Shown one piece after another: positions 60,181-64,000 of a stretch of DNA of 64,000 nucleotides; positions within the stretch are counted from its first letter, which is position 1, and every line of letters begins with the position of its first letter. This DNA is from Iphione sp. A-MEVVRFRX5. Its lineage: Eukaryota. The position numbers and the translations under genes are program-made. The notes under the pieces were generated by a model. The model saw nothing but the letters and a program-made list of their open reading frames with translations. It made no database searches and was not told where the DNA came from. The stretch spans positions 33,604,001 through 33,668,000 of the forward strand of contig OZ320317.1 of NCBI GenBank assembly GCA_976226885.1, given 5' to 3'.

Positions 60181-63100
60181 CAAGGGACGTATAGAGGATG
60201 ACAGCGATGTAGGAAGAGGCCGGGAAGAGAAAGACGCAATGATAGAACTGATTCATATTTTGTATCAGAAAAAATGAAAGACTGACGTAAAGGAAACAAT
60301 ATACAGAGAGGAGCAAGAACTCCTCCGTGGAGTGACAGTTGGTAATTAGATAGACGTGCAGGTGCATACCTCTATATATAAAGTAGTCCCCGATGGCTTA
60401 TGAAATCCAATCAAAATGATCCTTCCTCAAAACTGATTGAAGCGCGATGCTGTGTGTTCAAGTGGTAATACCCAAACGTTAGGATTGTTATCATACACGT
60501 GTCAAGATTGGTTTGGGGTTTCAATGATTCATATTATGAAAAGCAACATGTGTGTATGAGCAGTGCTGACACTGAAACGCCTCTTTTATGCATAATAAAA
60601 CGTTTCCTTTGCTTCCTTTATCGCCCACTCTGTTAAATCAATCCTTTTTCTCTCGCGATATTTTCTATTCTTTTTTCACTAGTCGGGTTTTCGTTGGCTT
60701 AATTCCCATGCACCCATGTCTCCATGTTTCATGTTTGTCCATGCAGGTGTTTGCACAGACAACAGGGGAAACACAGAGCGCAGATAGCATATGACTTAGT
60801 CTGTGTTTTACATCCATGTTTGAGTATTTTCTGACAGAGGATGTATGTGTGTAAATGTATGTGAAGATGTGAATACAGTAGGAACTCACCTTGTGGGTAA
60901 CTCAACTAGGAGAGCAATGCAAGAATAAGACAAGTTTGGTTCGTCCCAGTGGTATATTCTCTATAATATTACAACTCAGGTATTGGAGCAACTTACAGTC
61001 AAGGGCAATTTTGTCTGGTCCAATTGGTGGTCTTAATCCTGAGTTGCTACTGTATGTGCTACAAAAATTGAAATTGTGTAATTTGTTGTGTCAGTTTCAT
61101 GAATTCATGCCACATACTTTGAAATGGAGGGGAATTGTGTGAAAATTTGTGTTTCTGTCAAATACCCACTAAACATGATCACAATCACCAGGAAACAACC
61201 ATTTCTCATGTATTTCTAGAATGAGCACAGACACACACACGGCCCTGAAAATTGGAACATGCCCAAAGCTGTCTGTATTTATCCATGTTAGATATAGCAT
61301 GCACGAACACATGGAATCACTTCAGGTTATAGGCATAGATGTCAAAAATTATTTAAGCACAATACCAAACACAGCCGTGAAAAAACGGGTATATGAAAAT
61401 CAGGCCCTCCGATCCAAGTTCTTTTTCCTAACTCTATAAAATGCTCCTGCATATGCCGTATCTTATGATCCCTGTCCGGCTATTCTCCCTCCTTACCGTT
61501 CCAATGCCAATCCCAGGTCTACTATATTCAACCATTCCTGTTACAACACCGAGAGAGCAATGGTAATAGTTAGGCCTAATTTATATGTACCTGTGTTTTC
61601 GCGGTCATGTTTTCACCATATCACTTTGTATTTATCGGAATCTTTAGATTACCACTGGAGTGCTTACATCGACCGTCAGAAACATGACTAATCACAGAGG
61701 AGCATAGCATTTTAGAACAGGTATCATTCCTCATGGTACATGGCCAGCAGAACAGGAATATGAAGGAACATCATGCCGACAATATGGTGACAGTAACAAC
61801 AGATCATCACTGTCCACTGTGCTGCATGGTAGTAAATAACACCGTGAAAGCGTCGTCACAACCAACTAATGATTTATTTGAGTTCCTACAACCTGCATTT
61901 TCTCCTGTGATTCATACTCAAACTCATAGCTCAGTCCACTCTAAAGCACTTCGATGTTTGAGAACTTAGGCAATTTAATCCTTGATGAAGAAATGAATGG
62001 TGAGGACGATGTGTTGCAGAATCAGCGATTTTTATCGTGGTCCTATTCATTTTCTATCACTATGTGGGAAACCGGCTTGGGAAAATCTTTACGTCTGCTG
62101 TGGATCGCTTTCGTTGGCAAGCATATCTCTTGGGGAGCACTTGGTAGCTTCTGAAGCAATATTCGATGTTCCCAAAGAAAATAATCCGAAAGAAAAATAC
62201 CGAACTGAAGAAGCGATCGAGAAAAAAAGTACACCAGCCTATGGAGGAAGGAAGACCACATTTACCGTTCTGTGAGTACTCCAATAGTAACGTCAACGGC
62301 AATGACTAACTGAGCTGGGACCTCATAACTACAGCTTACCCCCCCTCCCCCGTACCTCCCTCCCACCTCCCCTACCACAGCCTGTTCCTCTCCACCGCTG
62401 GCGGTAGTAGGAGGAGCAGGCAAGCGACAGAGGACTGGGCTATCTCAATCTTTGCTTTTATTTGTTTGCCAGTGGTAAACACCTCGGAAGAGAGAGAGAG
62501 AGGGATAGAGTCTGCGAGATGGAGGGAAGGGATCGGTGCCCGCAAGTTAGTCATTAGGAGTGGTCTGCACAGGCGTGGTGGAGAGGAAAGAGAGAGAGAG
62601 AGGAAAAAGAGCATATTAGATATCAGATAAAGGGATAAGCGAGAGGGATCTACAGAAAAGTAAAGAAACTGAAAAGTGGACAGAGATTCGGAAAGAGTAA
62701 CAGAACAAAAGGACGATGTGTGCGTACATGAAACGGACAATGTTTCCAGAGAGATGGTTTTCAGAGAATGGGAGTGGGTGCAAGAGCGAAACATAGCAGA
62801 TAGGGCAGCTGAGAAGGCAACGGAGGGTGAGGATATAGAAGCAAAAAGATACGACAAAGAAAGCCCAACGGAATGGTGACCAGAGGCGAACAGGCGATGA
62901 TAAGTGAATAGAACATGTATAGTACTGTGTGAGAAACGGGGCAAGGAGTATCCGTAGGTAATGCGACGTCGAACCTAAAAAAGGAAATAAAATACAAAAA
63001 AAGAACCATTATACAGTAATAGACGTACTTTGTTAGGAGAGCAGGGGATAATAGAGGCGATGAGACGAAAACGGAATACAGAGGCCGACAGAGAAACACA

Positions 63101-64000
63101 TAGGTAAACGGCAATCTGGACAGGGACAAAACAAAAAGTAGGGAACGAAAAAAAGATAAATTACAAAGATATGGATAGTCAATATAGACATATATTTTCT
63201 CATACGTATATGTCTTTATCTGGATGGATCGATGGTATCTGATGTTTGACAGCTAAAATACATACATGTACATGTATAAGCATTTAACCACAGCCGTGTT
63301 GGGAAGATGATTAAAGTTGTGTTTAGTATGTTTTAAAAAAGTGCCAGAGAAATGGACAGACAGACAGGGCGCCGCTGGTGGTGCCACTCGGGCAGCTTAC
63401 AGGGCGGAATGTCAGTATAGCAGCTGGCAGTATCCGCGGTAGGAGTAAGGCTGCCACAGATACTTGTTATTCCAAGTGCATCACGCTCTCACTACCTTAG
63501 CCGCCGGCGGCGCTGGCGCAGACAGCGTCTGGAACTTGCACGTCCTTTGCACGTGCGCCACTTCCACACCCTATTTATCTAGTCTACTTCCACTTCTTGG
63601 ACACTTCGGTGTTTTCCTATCATTGCTTCGCCCTCTCGCTGTTTTTTTCCCCTCATTTTCCTTCCCTACTTCTAGTGTTTATGCTATTTCTCTCTTTCTA
63701 TCGAAACCTTCGCCGGTCGAATGGCGTCTTTCTTCTCTTGCTTCTGCTCTCTCTTCTGGTACGTCTCACTACCGTTTTCCGTCTCTAACTCCATTTAATT
63801 ACCATGTCATTCTTTTTCACTGCCGCGGTCCTCACAATACCTCAGATGGATGATGCGAATCCTATTTTGACTTGAGATCCTAATCTCCGGTGAGCCATCA
63901 ACCCTTATCAAACAGAACACTAATATAGTTTCAGTCTTGGCACATATGGAATCTCCCCCTGCACTACATACCTTACTATGTTTGTTTCAGGGAGATAAAA

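Overview
Repeat-rich eukaryotic (invertebrate animal-like, possibly annelid; inference) DNA, mostly intronic or intergenic, with a 139-N gap at 46933-47071. The dominant feature is a young, near-intact 8.7-kb Ty3/Gypsy LTR retrotransposon on the minus strand (19983-28668): LTRs differing by 2 substitutions and one 16-bp indel, a tRNA-Leu PBS, gag, and pol (PR-RT-RH-IN) reached by a probable -1 frameshift. Pol continues in frame into a ~1040-codon non-Env extension carrying two C2H2 zinc fingers, basic/acidic low-complexity tracts, a 138/126-bp coding tandem repeat and an acidic tail. Main candidate discovery: the standard C2H2 recognition code predicts that these fingers (helices RKDNLQR and RWEDLKR) bind 5'-GCGGAG(G/T)-3'. 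That hexamer forms an array in the element's own LTR (10 copies in 276 bp), is about tenfold enriched across its coding body, and also occurs in a solo LTR of a sister family 132 bp away. This suggests a retrotransposon-encoded, self-targeting DNA-binding system (transactivator, anti-silencing factor or integration tether); binding is predicted, not shown. Also present: the 3' end of a LINE RT, nested EnSpm/CACTA-type non-autonomous elements, one clear phase 1-1 Ig-domain host exon (50045-50302), several low-confidence TE fossils, and microsatellites.
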